Of a stretch of DNA of 64,000 bases, positions 27,001 to 37,934 are shown piece after piece. The position numbers and the translations under genes are program-made. Position 1 is the first letter of the stretch, and every line of letters starts with the position of its first letter. This DNA is from Cyanophora paradoxa CCMP329 (lineage: Eukaryota; Plantae; Glaucophyta): assembly GCA_004431415.1 (NCBI GenBank), contig QPMI01000572.1, forward strand, positions 62,001 to 126,000. The letters run 5' to 3'. The notes beneath the pieces are model-generated. The model searched no databases. It had not been told where the DNA came from and was given only the letters and a program-made list of their open reading frames with translations.

Positions 27001-30000
27001 CCGAATGTGTCAATTCGTTTCAGCTCACGCTCATGCCGAGGTCATTGAATGCATATGCGGACCGGCGAGACTAGTCATTCGCATTACACTCGAGGACCTC
27101 ACACCATCCTCGAACCCTCCCACAACACCAAAGACATACTCTGTGCGTTTGTTGTCCGAAGAGTAGAACACAATGGCTGCGGTCACGACAAAAAGAACAC
27201 TTATAGATTGATAATCGCCATTTGCAATTAGTCAGCTCCTGTTACGCACGAGCACTCGATGGCGCAGTTCTGCTCATGCTGTTTCCGTTGCCGATAAGCT
27301 GCGATTTAATGCCAGGATCCGAGAAGTGCGGCCGACAGAAGATGGTGACAGAGGTCGAGCCCAGTACGCAGGCCGTTGCGGAATCGGAAACGTTTGTAAA
27401 TGAAACCGTGACGATAGCGCACGGAATGGTCGCATTGAACGTTCCCCTAAATGTGTGCGGCACGCTCAGGGATGCAAGGACCCAGGAGGGCGAAAAGTCT
27501 CCCACTGCGCATGCGTCGAGGGTCGACGTCAATGTAGGGCTGAGTGCAGCATCGAATTCGAAATGCGCACAATCGATGTCCGTCTGTATTAGAGTGACGT
27601 TCGCATTCGCATTCCAGTCAAAGCTCAGCGGAGTTGCTTCGGCTATCACGTGCGACATCGAAGGAATCCCCTGAGCTGCTGATAACTGCGAAGAGGGACT
27701 ACCGTAGGACGCAACGACCCTGCCGTGCGCACGAAAGTAACAATTGATGAGATGTTGTTTTATCAATCGGTTTTTTTAAAAGTTTCAAATGAATCGAATT
27801 ACGATACCTGCACAGAGCTCTTTCGCCAGGGAGTACCGCGTCAAGATCGCAAGACACGAGAGGGCGAGCGTCGTTCCAGTCAGAGACTGCATATACGTAC
27901 GAACGTATAAATTTCCAAAACGAAGTACGCGTCACATTGATGTCGACGTCGATTCAACAATGCACAGCTCTAGCTATAGCTGTGTATGCGCAGCATAATC
28001 AAAAGATTAGCACCTGTTATGCTGTACACGAAAGGCCCAGCGACACCGGTGGAAGCGAAACCCATTTGTTTCATCGATTCAAGAACGTCTGCGAGCTCGA
28101 GATTACATGTCCTTCAGGTTCTTCAGAACTCCACACATATGCATATATACACCACGCACCAGAGCCGGTTGCGAGAGCGACGCATTCCCCGCTTTGCTGT
28201 ACGTGGATGCCGCGCGAGAACTTCTTCCCCGACAACGCAGACGCCAAAGGCAGCCAGCGCGTATACGTACCGCCTCCGGCTGTATGTTACAAATGCATAG
28301 AGCTTCAGCATCGAAATTCGGTCTGCATGCGAAAGTTCCCTTCGATACGTGAAATAATCGACGCACCAGCGACTGCTGCGTCCAGATCCGCATAAGTTCC
28401 CACCTGATAGTCTCCCGACGAGTTTGTTTCCCTGCATCGACAATCAAGTGAATATATATAGGGCCAGCTGCGACTCTGTCGATTGCCGCGATTTGCCCTT
28501 CGCATCCGCTTACCCAGCAAAGAAAAGGAATCGTGAACCACAGAGTATCGACATTCCGAAAGCTCTTCCTCGAAAAGACGGGTCGGCTGGGACAAGCTGC
28601 GAACGGTGCTCTCTATTATCAGCTATCCTTAATTGCCAATTCAACGCCCAAAGAAAATGAACGAGTGTTTGCCTCTCTCCACGCCGGCACATCAGCAGTG
28701 GTGTTTAAAAACCTGCACACACACGTACACATTGAAACAGTGTCGACGTCAGATGTCATTCATGCAACCATAAACTCTATATATGCAGCGCACCACAGAT
28801 CACTGAAGTATTCTGAAGTGTTAGAGCAATATCCACCAGCCACATAAAGGACGCTGTTCGCTTCCTGCGCGCGCGGGATCCGTTGCATTCAATGCAATTG
28901 CAGGTGCCGCCACAGGGAACCCTCGAACAGCGGATCCGGATCTCCCGTCTCACCTGCAACGAGGCGCCTTCGCGCCCCTTGAAGCCTGCAGCAGAGCCTC
29001 CGGTACCCGGTGCCACGACCTCCGTCCATGTGCCGGTGGAGAAGTCTGAGTGTCTTGTGTGAGTAGTGTATTTTGCATCCCCGATGCACTTCACTCTGAG
29101 CTCTCGCTCGTGCGTATATATACGTATACGCACCGCGTTTTAGCATATCGTTCAGACATTCTGTCACACCGGTCTGCGTGTTGGTGCCGTATCCCAACCT
29201 GCAACGATGATTTATATATATCATGATCAATTGCAGCACGCGATCATTTGCAGTGTTTCGGTTAAAATTTTACGTACCCCACGTACAAAGCCCCTCCAGC
29301 CGACGCCATTACCTAGAAACAAATAAGTGAGTGTATGCATTGGATATTGGGTGCACATGTACATATGCATGGCACATTCGAAACCGCTCGCAATCGCGAA
29401 ACGCACCGGGTAGCGGCGGGCTGGCGCCCGCCCGTTGACCACTGCTGCTGGAATAAGAGTCATAATATACGTCTGCCAATTGAATTCGTAGTGAGTCGCG
29501 ACCAAATTTCCCGCCGCATCCACTCCGCCGAATGCAATCAGCTTGCTGCCGCTGACGCACGAGCCTTGGCCGTAAAGAGGAACAGCAAAGCGGTAGTTCC
29601 CGAGAAAAACCTCCCATTCCCCACTGACTGCCGCGACCACACGAGAATTTCAAGTTAGTTTGAGGTCGTAGCAAGGAGCGAGCCTGGTTTTCTAATACAT
29701 TGCAATTGTCGCAAATCGCATGCAGGCGCGCACACGCAAACAGTCGGTCATTAATCTCCGCAGCACTCGACGGCGTGCCGTGAACAAGCGACCCGCCCCA
29801 CACAACCATCCGAGCACCCCCCACCCCGAAGGCGGCGGCTGAGTGGACAGGCGGCGCTACGAGGGAACGAGGTCCTCCTTGCTGCAGCTGCACGAGCCCG
29901 AGTGTCAGTGGATTCCGTTCATCATTGCTTCAAGCCCGCAACCTGTTCGCGCACTTTGAACAGGTTGCGGGCTTGAAGCAGAGGGAGTCTCCAACCTGCA

Positions 30001-30324
30001 GCGTGTCGATCAGCAACACGCGCGCGATATTAATGCGGCTTGTGAAAATGATGCATTTGAGCATTTGAATATTAACAATGGAAACGAACCACTTGTACTA
30101 GTTGGGGTACCGGTCGAGTTGCACGATGGATAACTGCTCGCAGAAGTGCTTGCAGAACCGCAGCAGGCTTTGGGCATGCAGAGAATGAGGAAGAGAGTGC
30201 TGAATAAAACGAGAAGGAATTCGAATCGCCCCGAATTGGATTTTATTCGTCGCCGAAAACTTCCTGCAGCTGCAGCTGCAGCTGGTTGCCTCCGGGTCCT
30301 TGCAGGTGCGAAATCGGAATTCAT
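1..30324 (-). CDS. Giant multi-exon predicted secreted/surface protein: signal peptide, Kelch repeats, CUB, Kelch repeats, then about 55 tandem Cys-containing Ig-like modules; 3' end lies beyond the left window edge
   Basis: ATG at 30324 (MNSDFAP...) is followed by hydrophobic FLLVLFSTLFLILCMPKACCG. Minus-strand exon fragments join through GT-AG introns in consistent phase where checked (e.g. TS-G|WRLPLLQARNLFK|LQQGG; array introns; SI|DIPN; FLI-W|CSVD; AF-R|YKRP). Many N-x-S/T sequons. The frame is still open at position 1. Not every N-terminal junction was resolved. Confidence 0.75.
1493..4773 (-). repeat. Tandem duplication with 1679-bp period (about 1493-3094 vs about 3172-4773) encoding a four-module block of the giant protein
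   Basis: The sequence is near-identical at a 1679 offset (ORFs 1522/3201, 2060/3739, 2276/3955, 2349/4028). Similarity breaks inside an intron at CATTAGCAGAAACG. Confidence 0.95.
4451..21438 (-). repeat. Coding tandem array, 794-bp unit x about 21.4 copies; each unit = 167-nt exon + 75-nt intron + 481-nt exon + 71-nt intron = 216 aa spliced
   Basis: The marker GAT(C/T)GACGTCGGGGCGTCTG recurs 22 times from about 4771 to about 21419 at about 794-bp spacing. In the first unit, introns are at 4788-4862 (GTGCGC...CTGAC...CCCAG) and 5030-5100 (GTGCGT...CTGAC...GGCAG) on the minus strand. 794-75-71=648. Confidence 0.97.
23830..24820 (-). other. Second Kelch-repeat region of the giant protein
   Basis: FSYDIASNTWRIE...PQGREGST, YVYGGLSSAGVFISDLWTVDL, LWFLYG|YR and YEPAVGNWST. 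Confidence 0.7.
25920..26315 (-). other. CUB-like domain of the giant protein
   Basis: VRLRFWFTKFDVGSDGMVQVHSGETSAAPLIGTYT followed by RFTAATASGSGFIMMY matches the CUB pattern (L.F..FD...D.V.V..G....P.IG.Y ... F......SGF...Y). Confidence 0.65.
28100..29890 (-). other. Kelch/galactose-oxidase-type repeats (N-terminal part of the giant protein)
   Basis: Exon peptides HSAAAFGVGGARMVVWGG, GQGSCVSGSKLIAFGGVD, DFSTGTWTEV...GREGASL, YFSDLW and RGRAFGMSILCGSRFLFFAG show the hydrophobic-GG and D...W Kelch pattern. Confidence 0.75.
29926..29980. repeat. Perfect 23-bp inverted repeat with 9-nt loop spanning an exon/intron junction
   Basis: TGCTTCAAGCCCGCAACCTGTTC-gcgcacttt-GAACAGGTTGCGGGCTTGAAGCA. Confidence 0.97.
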
Positions 30325-31415
30325 CACATCAGGGGCGAGGTAGTTCTTGGTTTTCCTCCTCCGCCGGACTCTTTCCCACCACCAGCTCTTCTCTTCGCAC
30401 GCGCTCCGATAATGTACGCACACGAGAGTACGACTGTGCCCCCTGCAATCGCATGGGCAGGGGCTGGTCCAGCGGCAGCTCCCGCGCATGCGGCCCGTGG
30501 TACTGCGCATGCGGGGGGATGCGTCGCGGTCGCTGTTTCGCAGCCGCGGACGCTGACGCTGACTATCGAGCAGCTGTACGTATACACGCGCCGGTGACTC
30601 AATGTCTTGCGCATGCACGGCAGCTGATCCGCGGACACGCATCATGGCTTTGCAGCTCAATGCGCATGCGTCGACGGGCGCCATGCCAGCGCTAACTGCA
30701 GCTTCCGAAGTTCGCAGAGGCTCGCCAAATCGAGCACCAGCGCTGGCGCGCGAGCTGCGGGTCTAGCTAACGCTATATATATGTATAGTTACCGCTGGCC
30801 GGGCCGGGTGGCCGCTTAGCTGATCATAACGCCTGCTTTCATGCATATATATGGCCAAGCGCGCGCGGTTTGGACCGCATGCGCATCCATATGCATATGC
30901 TTCCAATTGTATACCGTAGTACACTCGATATGCGTGTGCGGGGATTTAGAGCCGCGGGAGGTGCTCAGCTGCAGCTGTAGCTATATGACTACTAAACTTT
31001 GAAAGCTTAAGCTACAGTTGACGTCGCACATGCATGCATATGGACATAAGCGTATACGTACTACGGTACATGCATGCGCATATGTGCATACGCATGCTCC
31101 AGTTTGTGTCTTGCTACGTATATACAGCTGCTGGGTGCTATTATCGAAAATCGCTGCTAAAGCGCTATCGCATGGACTGCAGCTGCGCAGCAGCCTGCGC
31201 TCCGATCCCGAATCCCGATTCCCCCCATGCCATGACCGTCGGACTGCAGTGATTCTCAGAGTCTGCGACTCGGCGAGCCTACTAGGCTAGGCCCTTAGCG
31301 CATACTACGAGTACCCCGGGATACGTACCCGGTGGCCCACTGGCCCAGTCACTGAGTGGTCCCGGATCCCCGGTACACCGTCTACGTATATATACCGTAG
31401 TACGTAGTACGGAAA

Positions 31416-32060
31416 CTTGCCGCAGTGCCAACACTGCCAATTTGCAAGCGCTAGCTACGCGTACGGTTGCCGCTAGGGATCATCGGCCCGGCGGATGCCG
31501 CGCTCAAGTTTGAGTGCACTAAAACTTGAGCGTTTTAGTCAAGTTTTAGTTTTAGTTTTAGTGGCCTGCTAAAACTTGAGCTAAAACGGCGGCTGGAGGG
31601 GGGGTTTCAGGTGGCAGAACTGCCCTATTCTGGGCGCAGAACCGCCCCATTCCGGGTCTTAATCGTACTTCCATCGGATATAAAGCCCTTCTGAGGCTAG
31701 GGTGCCTCGTTAAGCACCTCTTCTGAGGCTAGGTTGCCCTTGGAAGGCCTTCGTATACCCCCCCCCTCAGGACCGCACTTCTTTATAATTACTCGAAAAT
31801 CGTGTGTCTAGAGACAGAACCTGGTAGGAAAGGCATATAGAAGTAGCTGAGACAGTATCTAGGTCGAAGCCTCGCAGGCAGCGCCCCTCTCTCATTCATG
31901 GATGGGCGCGCTCTTGTATGGACTCAAGTTTTAGGCTAAAAACGCTACCTCATATTTAGGCTCGCACTTTTAGTTTTAGTGGGGGAGGCTAAAACTTGAG
32001 CTAAAACGGCAACCCTACCGCACTGCAGCCGCAGTGCCAACAGCAGCCAACTTGCATAAT
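31416..32060. mobile_element. Degenerate non-autonomous DNA-transposon-like (MITE/hAT-like) repeat cluster
   Basis: CTAAAACTTGAG or its reverse complement occurs about 6 times. There is a 32-bp near-palindrome at 31501-31532, an about 40-bp direct repeat (31550-31590 and 31967-32010), and inverted ends GTACGGTTGCCG (31461) and CGGCAACCCTAC (32007). No transposase ORF. Confidence 0.45.
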
Positions 32061-32305
32061 GTTGCCGCAAGTTGCGGCGCCGTGTACATGTTGCGCGCGT
32101 GCGCGGCGCCGCCCGGCCGCGCCGGCGCCGGCCCGGGCCGCCCGCCGGGCCGGCCGGGCTGGCCTGGGCCCGGGGCGGCAGGCACTGGCAGGCACATGTA
32201 CAGCCTCCGCACAGACTGCCGCACAGCCCGCGGCCGCCCGGGCCCCGGGCCCGCGCGCGGCCGCGGGGCCCGCGGCCCGCGCGCGGGCCCCTGCTGGCCC
32301 CCTGG

Positions 32306-32354
32306 CGGGTCCGAAATGATTCCGAAATGACGGGTCCGAAATGACTCCGAATGA
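32306..32354. repeat. Short tandem repeat, TCCGAAATGA-like x4
   Basis: CGGGTCCGAAATGATTCCGAAATGA CGGGTCCGAAATGACTCCGAATGA. Confidence 0.85.
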
Positions 32355-33344
32355 TTGTTTCTCGAGTTCTAGATATTCGGAAGTTCGAACTTGCCGGTCT
32401 TTTTTTAGGGGTCCGGTACCGCCTTACCCGGAGTACCGGACCTACTGGTTGATTCCCACAGATTCCCAGTGTCAATTTCCCATGGCCACTGTCCCAGTGT
32501 CCGTGATGACGACGTTATGACGTTAGTGGAACTTCCCATAAAAGGTCTACAAGGCTACTAATAGCCTGCTACTAGCTATAGCCTATCATGATCATACTAT
32601 ACCGGGGTAGGGGCAGTATACTAGTACTACGATAGCTACTAGCTACCGTAGTACAGGCTACACGTACCGTGGCGGCGTACGAGCCTGCGACGTCGCTATC
32701 GAAAATTTGCGGGCCGGCCGGCCGCGGGCCGCCTCCGAGGCTCGCGATCGGGCCCCCGGCCCTTCAATTCTCGAGCTCCGAGCCTCCAACCTCGCCCTCC
32801 CGGAGTCCCGCCCTCAGGCCCCCGCGCGCCCCTCGACCTCGCCGGACCTCGCGGCCTCGCCCGTGCGCAGCCTCCGCCTGCTGCAGCTCATGATCAGCGG
32901 CTGGCCGCCAGCGCCCTCTCCCCCGATCGCGACTCGCGAGCCGCTGAGCAGCACGGCGCCCTCGCCGCGCCGCCGCCCTCCCCGGCCCGGCCCCGCCTCC
33001 GGATCCAATTCCAGAATTAAAACGACCGGATCCATTCCGGATCCGGATTAGGGTTCGGGGGGGGTTATAATTAGCTTTAGTGGATCTCAGAGTCTCTTTG
33101 ATGTACCAACTGCACGACCTTCTAAAAACCCAGAGCGAATTAATATTTGAATTCTGCGCGCGGCGACATGAGATCAAATTGCGAGCTCTGTATTGATTCG
33201 AACACTGTGTTTCGCTGATCAAATGTGCAGACCACCAAGTCATTGGATCCCAAAGACACACGACGCGCGCTCTGTCTTTCGCTAGGCGTGGCTGCACATA
33301 AAAGCGAGCCGAGCCTCCCCGCGGGCCCCGCCCGCGCCGCCGGA

Positions 33345-35756
33345 TCATATGTCGTGCCACACAGCCTCGGGGAGGGGTACGATCCGGATCCCGTTCTTGC
33401 TGCCGCCGCCCCGCACAACCTGCCGCCCGCCCCGCCCATCGCTCAGCCGCTGGTTGGTTTATCAGAGAGGCAGGGCAGGGAGGGACCGGCACCTGCCAGC
33501 GGCCGAGCCTGTGCTCCTGCCCGACGCCGGCCACAAGGAACCGGGCCGACCGCGCGAACGCGATCCCGTTCACCACGCCCGGCTGCCGCGGCCGTGAGAG
33601 GCGCCGAGGGCCCGAGGGGGCGGCGCAGGGGGGCGTCGACTCGCCATGGGCACGGTGGCGACCTGGGGCATGGCGGGCTTGGGGCTGGCGTCGCCTAGGG
33701 GCGCCCGCCAGACGCGCAGGAAGCCGTCCGAGGAGCCCGAGGCGACGAGGTCGGTCTGGGGGCACGCCGCCACCGCCGAGATCCACGGCGGGCCCGGGCC
33801 CGCCCCCTCCGCAGACAGCTCCCCCGGCCCGTGCGCCTGCGCCCCCGCCCCGGCATCGGCCCCGCGGCCCCGCCCGGCCCCGCCCGGCCCGCTCACCTGA
33901 GCGATCGTGACCAGCGGCTTCTTCTTGTGAGTGCCCCAGTAGCATAGGGACCTGCCGGGGAGCCGGGGGCCGGCGGTCGGTTCCGGGGTACCGCGTTCGG
34001 GAGCGAGGAGTGGCGAAAGCCGTACCCGTCCTGGCAGCCCGTGACGAACGCGTCCTCCGCAAGCATCGCGATGCAGTCCATCGACGACGGGTGCCTGGGG
34101 GGTACGCCGTTGGGCCCCGCGGGGGGGACGGCGCGGGGTACGGGAGGGGCGCGTACCCCCGGAACACGAGCTGCGTCTCCTCCACAACCTTCCAGACGCG
34201 GGCCCTGCGGGGGCGCGGGGCTCGGCACAGGCGTGCGGGGGTAGCAGAGGGCAGGGGAGGGGGTACGGCGTTGGCGCACGTGTGGTCCATGCCGCCGGCG
34301 GTGACGGCGCGCTCCTTGTGCAGCGAGTCGATCCCCATCACGGGCGCCTGGTGCCCGAACCTGGCGCCCCAGCCGCTCAGCGCGAGGGCGGCGCGGGGCG
34401 GGCGGGCCTTGGCTTCGGGGGTACGGCGCACAGCGTTTCCACGTAGGCCATCTCGTCGAGGTTCCATATCTTCACCGTCCGGTCGAACGAGGAGGAGAAG
34501 AGCTGCCGGGAGCCCTTCCGGAAGGCCAGGCCCTGCGCCGCGCCGCGCTCGGGCTCGCCGGGGGCAGCGGAGAGAGGCGCGGGGGGGCGGGCGGGGCGCA
34601 CGGAGACGGTGTCGCGGTGGCCCTGGAAGGACTCGACGAGGGCATCCGTCCTCGTGTCCCAGATCCGCACCAGCTTGTCCGCGCCCCCGCTCGCCACGTA
34701 CCGCCCGTCCCCCGACACCGCTACCGCCAGCACCTGCGCCCCGCCCCGCCCCGTCGGCCCCCGCCCCGCGGACCGCGGCGCCGGGCGGGGGCGCGCCTGC
34801 GCGGTGTGGCCCTTGGCCGAGTCGCCCTTTCTGGAGCCGACGTAGCGCGTCCGCTTGCCCGTCTCGACGTCCCCTGCGGAGCCGGGGCCCGTGCATCCGT
34901 CGGTCGGTCCAAGGCGCGCGCTGCTGCTCGGCGCGCAGCGCACATTTGACGACGCAGCAGTCCTTGGATCCCGTGAAGGCGGTCCGGTCGTCGTCCGTGA
35001 GCGCCACGCACGTGACGGGCAGCTCGTGCCCGCGGTACGAGCGGATCGACGATTCCGCGATGGCCACGCCCTCCAGCTGCGCGCCCCGGGGTCAGCTTCG
35101 CCCCGCTGCGGGATCCGAAGCGCGCGGGGCGCGCACCCGAGCCGCGACTTTCCTCTGCAGACGCCCCGAGGCCTCGAGCTGCGGGCGCGAGGGTCGGGGG
35201 GCGGCCGGGGCGGGGCGGGGCGCGGGGGGAGGCGGCGGCGGGCACCGCGTCCTGCTTGAGTCGCTGCGATATGATCTCCTTGTCGATAACCGCGGCGTCT
35301 GCGCCGCCTGCGCCCTCCTCCTCCTCGAGCTTCTTCAGGTACTGCTTCGCGAGCCGCAGCCGCTTCTCGTCCGCCGTCTCCCGCGTCGGCTCGTCCTCCT
35401 CGCTCGAAGACGCCTCGGCGCCCTGGGCACGCGCGCGCCGTCCCGCTCAGGCGACGCTGGGGCGCTCGGGCGATTCGCGAAGCGCACCCGCCCGTTCTCC
35501 TGCTCAGCGGACAGGACGCTCTCCTCATCGCTCTCTAGCGCCTCGTCGGCCTTCTTTGAAGGCTGCTTGCGGCCCTTCGGCGCTGCCGCCGCCTTCTTCT
35601 TCGAAGCTTTGGAGGAGCTCGCGGGCTGCGATCGCGCGTCAGCGCGGCGGAGGCCACCGATCGCGCCGGGCGCCGATCGGTACGCGAACTGCGGCCGGGG
35701 CAAACTCGTACCTGTCTCCGCTTCTTCCCTCCTGCTGCTCCAGCGCTCCCGGCCAT
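33345..35756 (-). CDS. RRP9: U3 snoRNP WD40 protein RRP9 (U3-55K), multi-exon
   Basis: Spliced peptides ETADEKRLRLAKQYL, GHELPVTCVALTDDDRTAFTGSKDC, VLAVAVSGDGRYVASGGADKLVRIWD, LFSSSFDRTVKIWNLDEMAYVETLFGHQ, RVWKVVEETQLVFRG and FLVAGVGQEHRLGRW. Basic/acidic N-terminus. TGA at 33345. Confidence 0.93.
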
Positions 35757-36042
35757 TCCAGCGACGCCTCAGCCGGGCTGCGTGCTCAGCGCCCCACGCT
35801 TGCCGTCTCCAGCCTCGATGGTGGTTACTTTGTTCGACTCGGTGCTCGTATGCGCTGCGTGATGCTAGGATCGCCACCAGGTGGACGTTGCACTGTACCC
35901 CCTGCGAAAAAAGGGCGCTTGCGGATTTCGATCGCTCCCCTCCTGGTGCGCGCGTTCGCACTGCTTCGGAGCAGCCTCACGCTATGTAAGTCGAAAGCCC
36001 GAGTCCAACCGGCGACTCTGCGCAGATCTCGGCTTGTACAAG

Positions 36043-37934
36043 ATGTCGAAGCCCGCTGGCTATGGAACGATCGAGGAGGCGAAGCCCGACACAGCTGTTG
36101 CTATTCCCCAGTCCAGGTGCCCGAGCGCGATCGCCTCTTAATGATCTGCCGCCTCGTGCGCGATGCGGGCCGACCGCGTGCGCCCCAGATCGCGTCGTAG
36201 CAGCGAGTCCAGTGATGGCCACAAGGAAAAGGTCTGGCCCTTCGTCGCCCTCTGACCCGCAGCGGCTGCATCTTTGGCTCGAACTAAGCGAATCGTCTCC
36301 GCCCCCGCTCGCAGCACTTTTCGGGAGCAGAGATCTTGCGTGACGTGGTACGCGCCGTTTTAGTGATTCACAACCTGTGCAGAGCGCCCGGGCCGCCCCC
36401 GCGATGTACGCACGCCGAATTTGATCCCGTGTCACGTGCCCCAGGTTATCGGGCTTTCGGACGGGTTGACGGGTGCGCGGCGCAGGAGTCTTAGCTGCCG
36501 AGTAGCCGCGAGCCGCTGATCGTGTCCCCGCTCGCGCAGTGCCGTTCGCGCTCGCCGCCGGTCTGTCGGCGATTGGCAACAATCGCCTCGTGGTCCTCGC
36601 CGGCCTCGCCGGTGCACCTGCTGCCCACGCCACCGCGCCCCGCGCCTGACTCTGAGCTCCGCACGCGCAGAAATCGCCGCCGGCGGCATCAGCATGGGCC
36701 TGGGCGGGTACGCCCCCGCCGGGCCCGCGCGCCCCGCGGCTCAACGCTGCTGAGCGCCTCCCCGTCCCTCCCCCGAAGGTTCCTGGCCGGCCGCACCGAG
36801 CTGGAGCACTACAACGCCGAGAGGCACCGCGAGGAGGAGGAGGCGAGTACCCCCCGCGCCTTCTCCCCCCTCGCGGCACTGAACGGTACCCCCCGGAAGA
36901 TCATCCGCGTCCCCGAGTGCGAGGAGGAGGAGATCCGCGAGATCTTCGAGCCGTGCGCCCGACGGATACCCCCCCCCCCCCCTCGCGCCCGTGACATCAC
37001 GCGGCGTCCGGGGTACAGGTTCGGCCTCGTGGGCGAGCCCGTCCAGACCATCATCGACCATTTGAAGAAGGACAAGACCAAGTGGGTCCGCGTCCTGTAC
37101 CCCCTCCCGTCCGTTCCTGACCTCCGCTCACCCCCTCGCACGCCCGCGTCCGACCACAGGTGGACTTCATGATGAAGGTATGCTTACCCCGCTCCGGTGC
37201 CCTTCGGGGTCACTGAGATCGGGCGCCCAGTTCGAGCTGGGCCTGGAAGAGCCCGACTCGAACCGCTCCTGGCAGAGGTACCCCCCAGTCTGTCCCTGCG
37301 CCCCCGTCTGCGTCGCCCTGGCGTGACGCGCGGGGGGTACTCGCAGCGCCCTCACCATCGGCACCTCGTACATCGCGGGAGGCATCGTACCCCTCGTTCC
37401 GTACATGGCGCGGCACCCTCACCCTCGCCCCCGCCCGGCCGCATCGAGCGGGGGGTACCGCAGCTGACGTCGGACCCGATGGTGGGCCTGTACGCTTCCG
37501 TGGGTACTACAATCGCCGCGCTCGGCATCTTCGGAGCGGTGAAGGGCAGCTTCATGAAGGCTCGTCCCGCGTACCCCCCTTGGAGCTGCGCCGACCCCCG
37601 CCTGACCGGCGCGCGTGCCCCTCGAACAGATGAAGCCCCTGCGGAGCGGCCTGGAGATGGTGCGCGCTCCCCTGCCCGCCGGTTCTTCCGCGCTCGCTCG
37701 GAGCGCAGGCTGAGCGTCACGGGCGCGCGGGGGCAGATGCTGACCGGCACGCTGGCGGCCGGCGCGGCGTACGGCATGGCCACGCTGGTCAACCAGTTCG
37801 AGAGCATCGGGGTCCGCGGCCCGCCCCACGCCGCCCCGCCGTTCCGCGGTCGCGCGCGGTCCGACGCCCCCGTGGCGCAGGGAGGGGTCGCAGGGCCGGC
37901 GGGGCCGCACCCGAAGCCGCCCCACATGTTCTAG
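36043..37934 (+). CDS. VIT1: Vacuolar iron/manganese transporter, VIT1/CCC1 family, multi-exon
   Basis: Spliced HKEK|HFSGAEILRDV|VIGLSDGLT|VPFALAAGLS...GLA|EIAAGGISMGLGG|FLA, EEEEIREIF, W|VDFMMK|FELGLEEP and SALTIGTSYIAGGIVPLVPY. TAG at 37934. Confidence 0.93.

Noticed and set aside
31534-31562. TTTTAG runs as interstitial telomere
   Set aside because: Only about four units, lacking the GGG of TnAGGG repeats, and embedded in a palindromic element.
31945-32475. ORFs in the GC-rich intergenic island
   Set aside because: Low-complexity G/C palindromic sequence with no splice pattern or recognisable domain.
32764-35989. 767-aa (-) and 659-aa (+) ORFs over RRP9
   Set aside because: These are stop-poor GC-rich read-through and antisense frames. 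Conserved RRP9 peptides are spread over several frames joined by introns.
36043-37934. GTAC cores as SBP/CRR1-type metal-response elements specific to the iron transporter
   Set aside because: The motif is just as dense in RRP9, FBPase and CFAP47 introns, so it is not specific to this gene.
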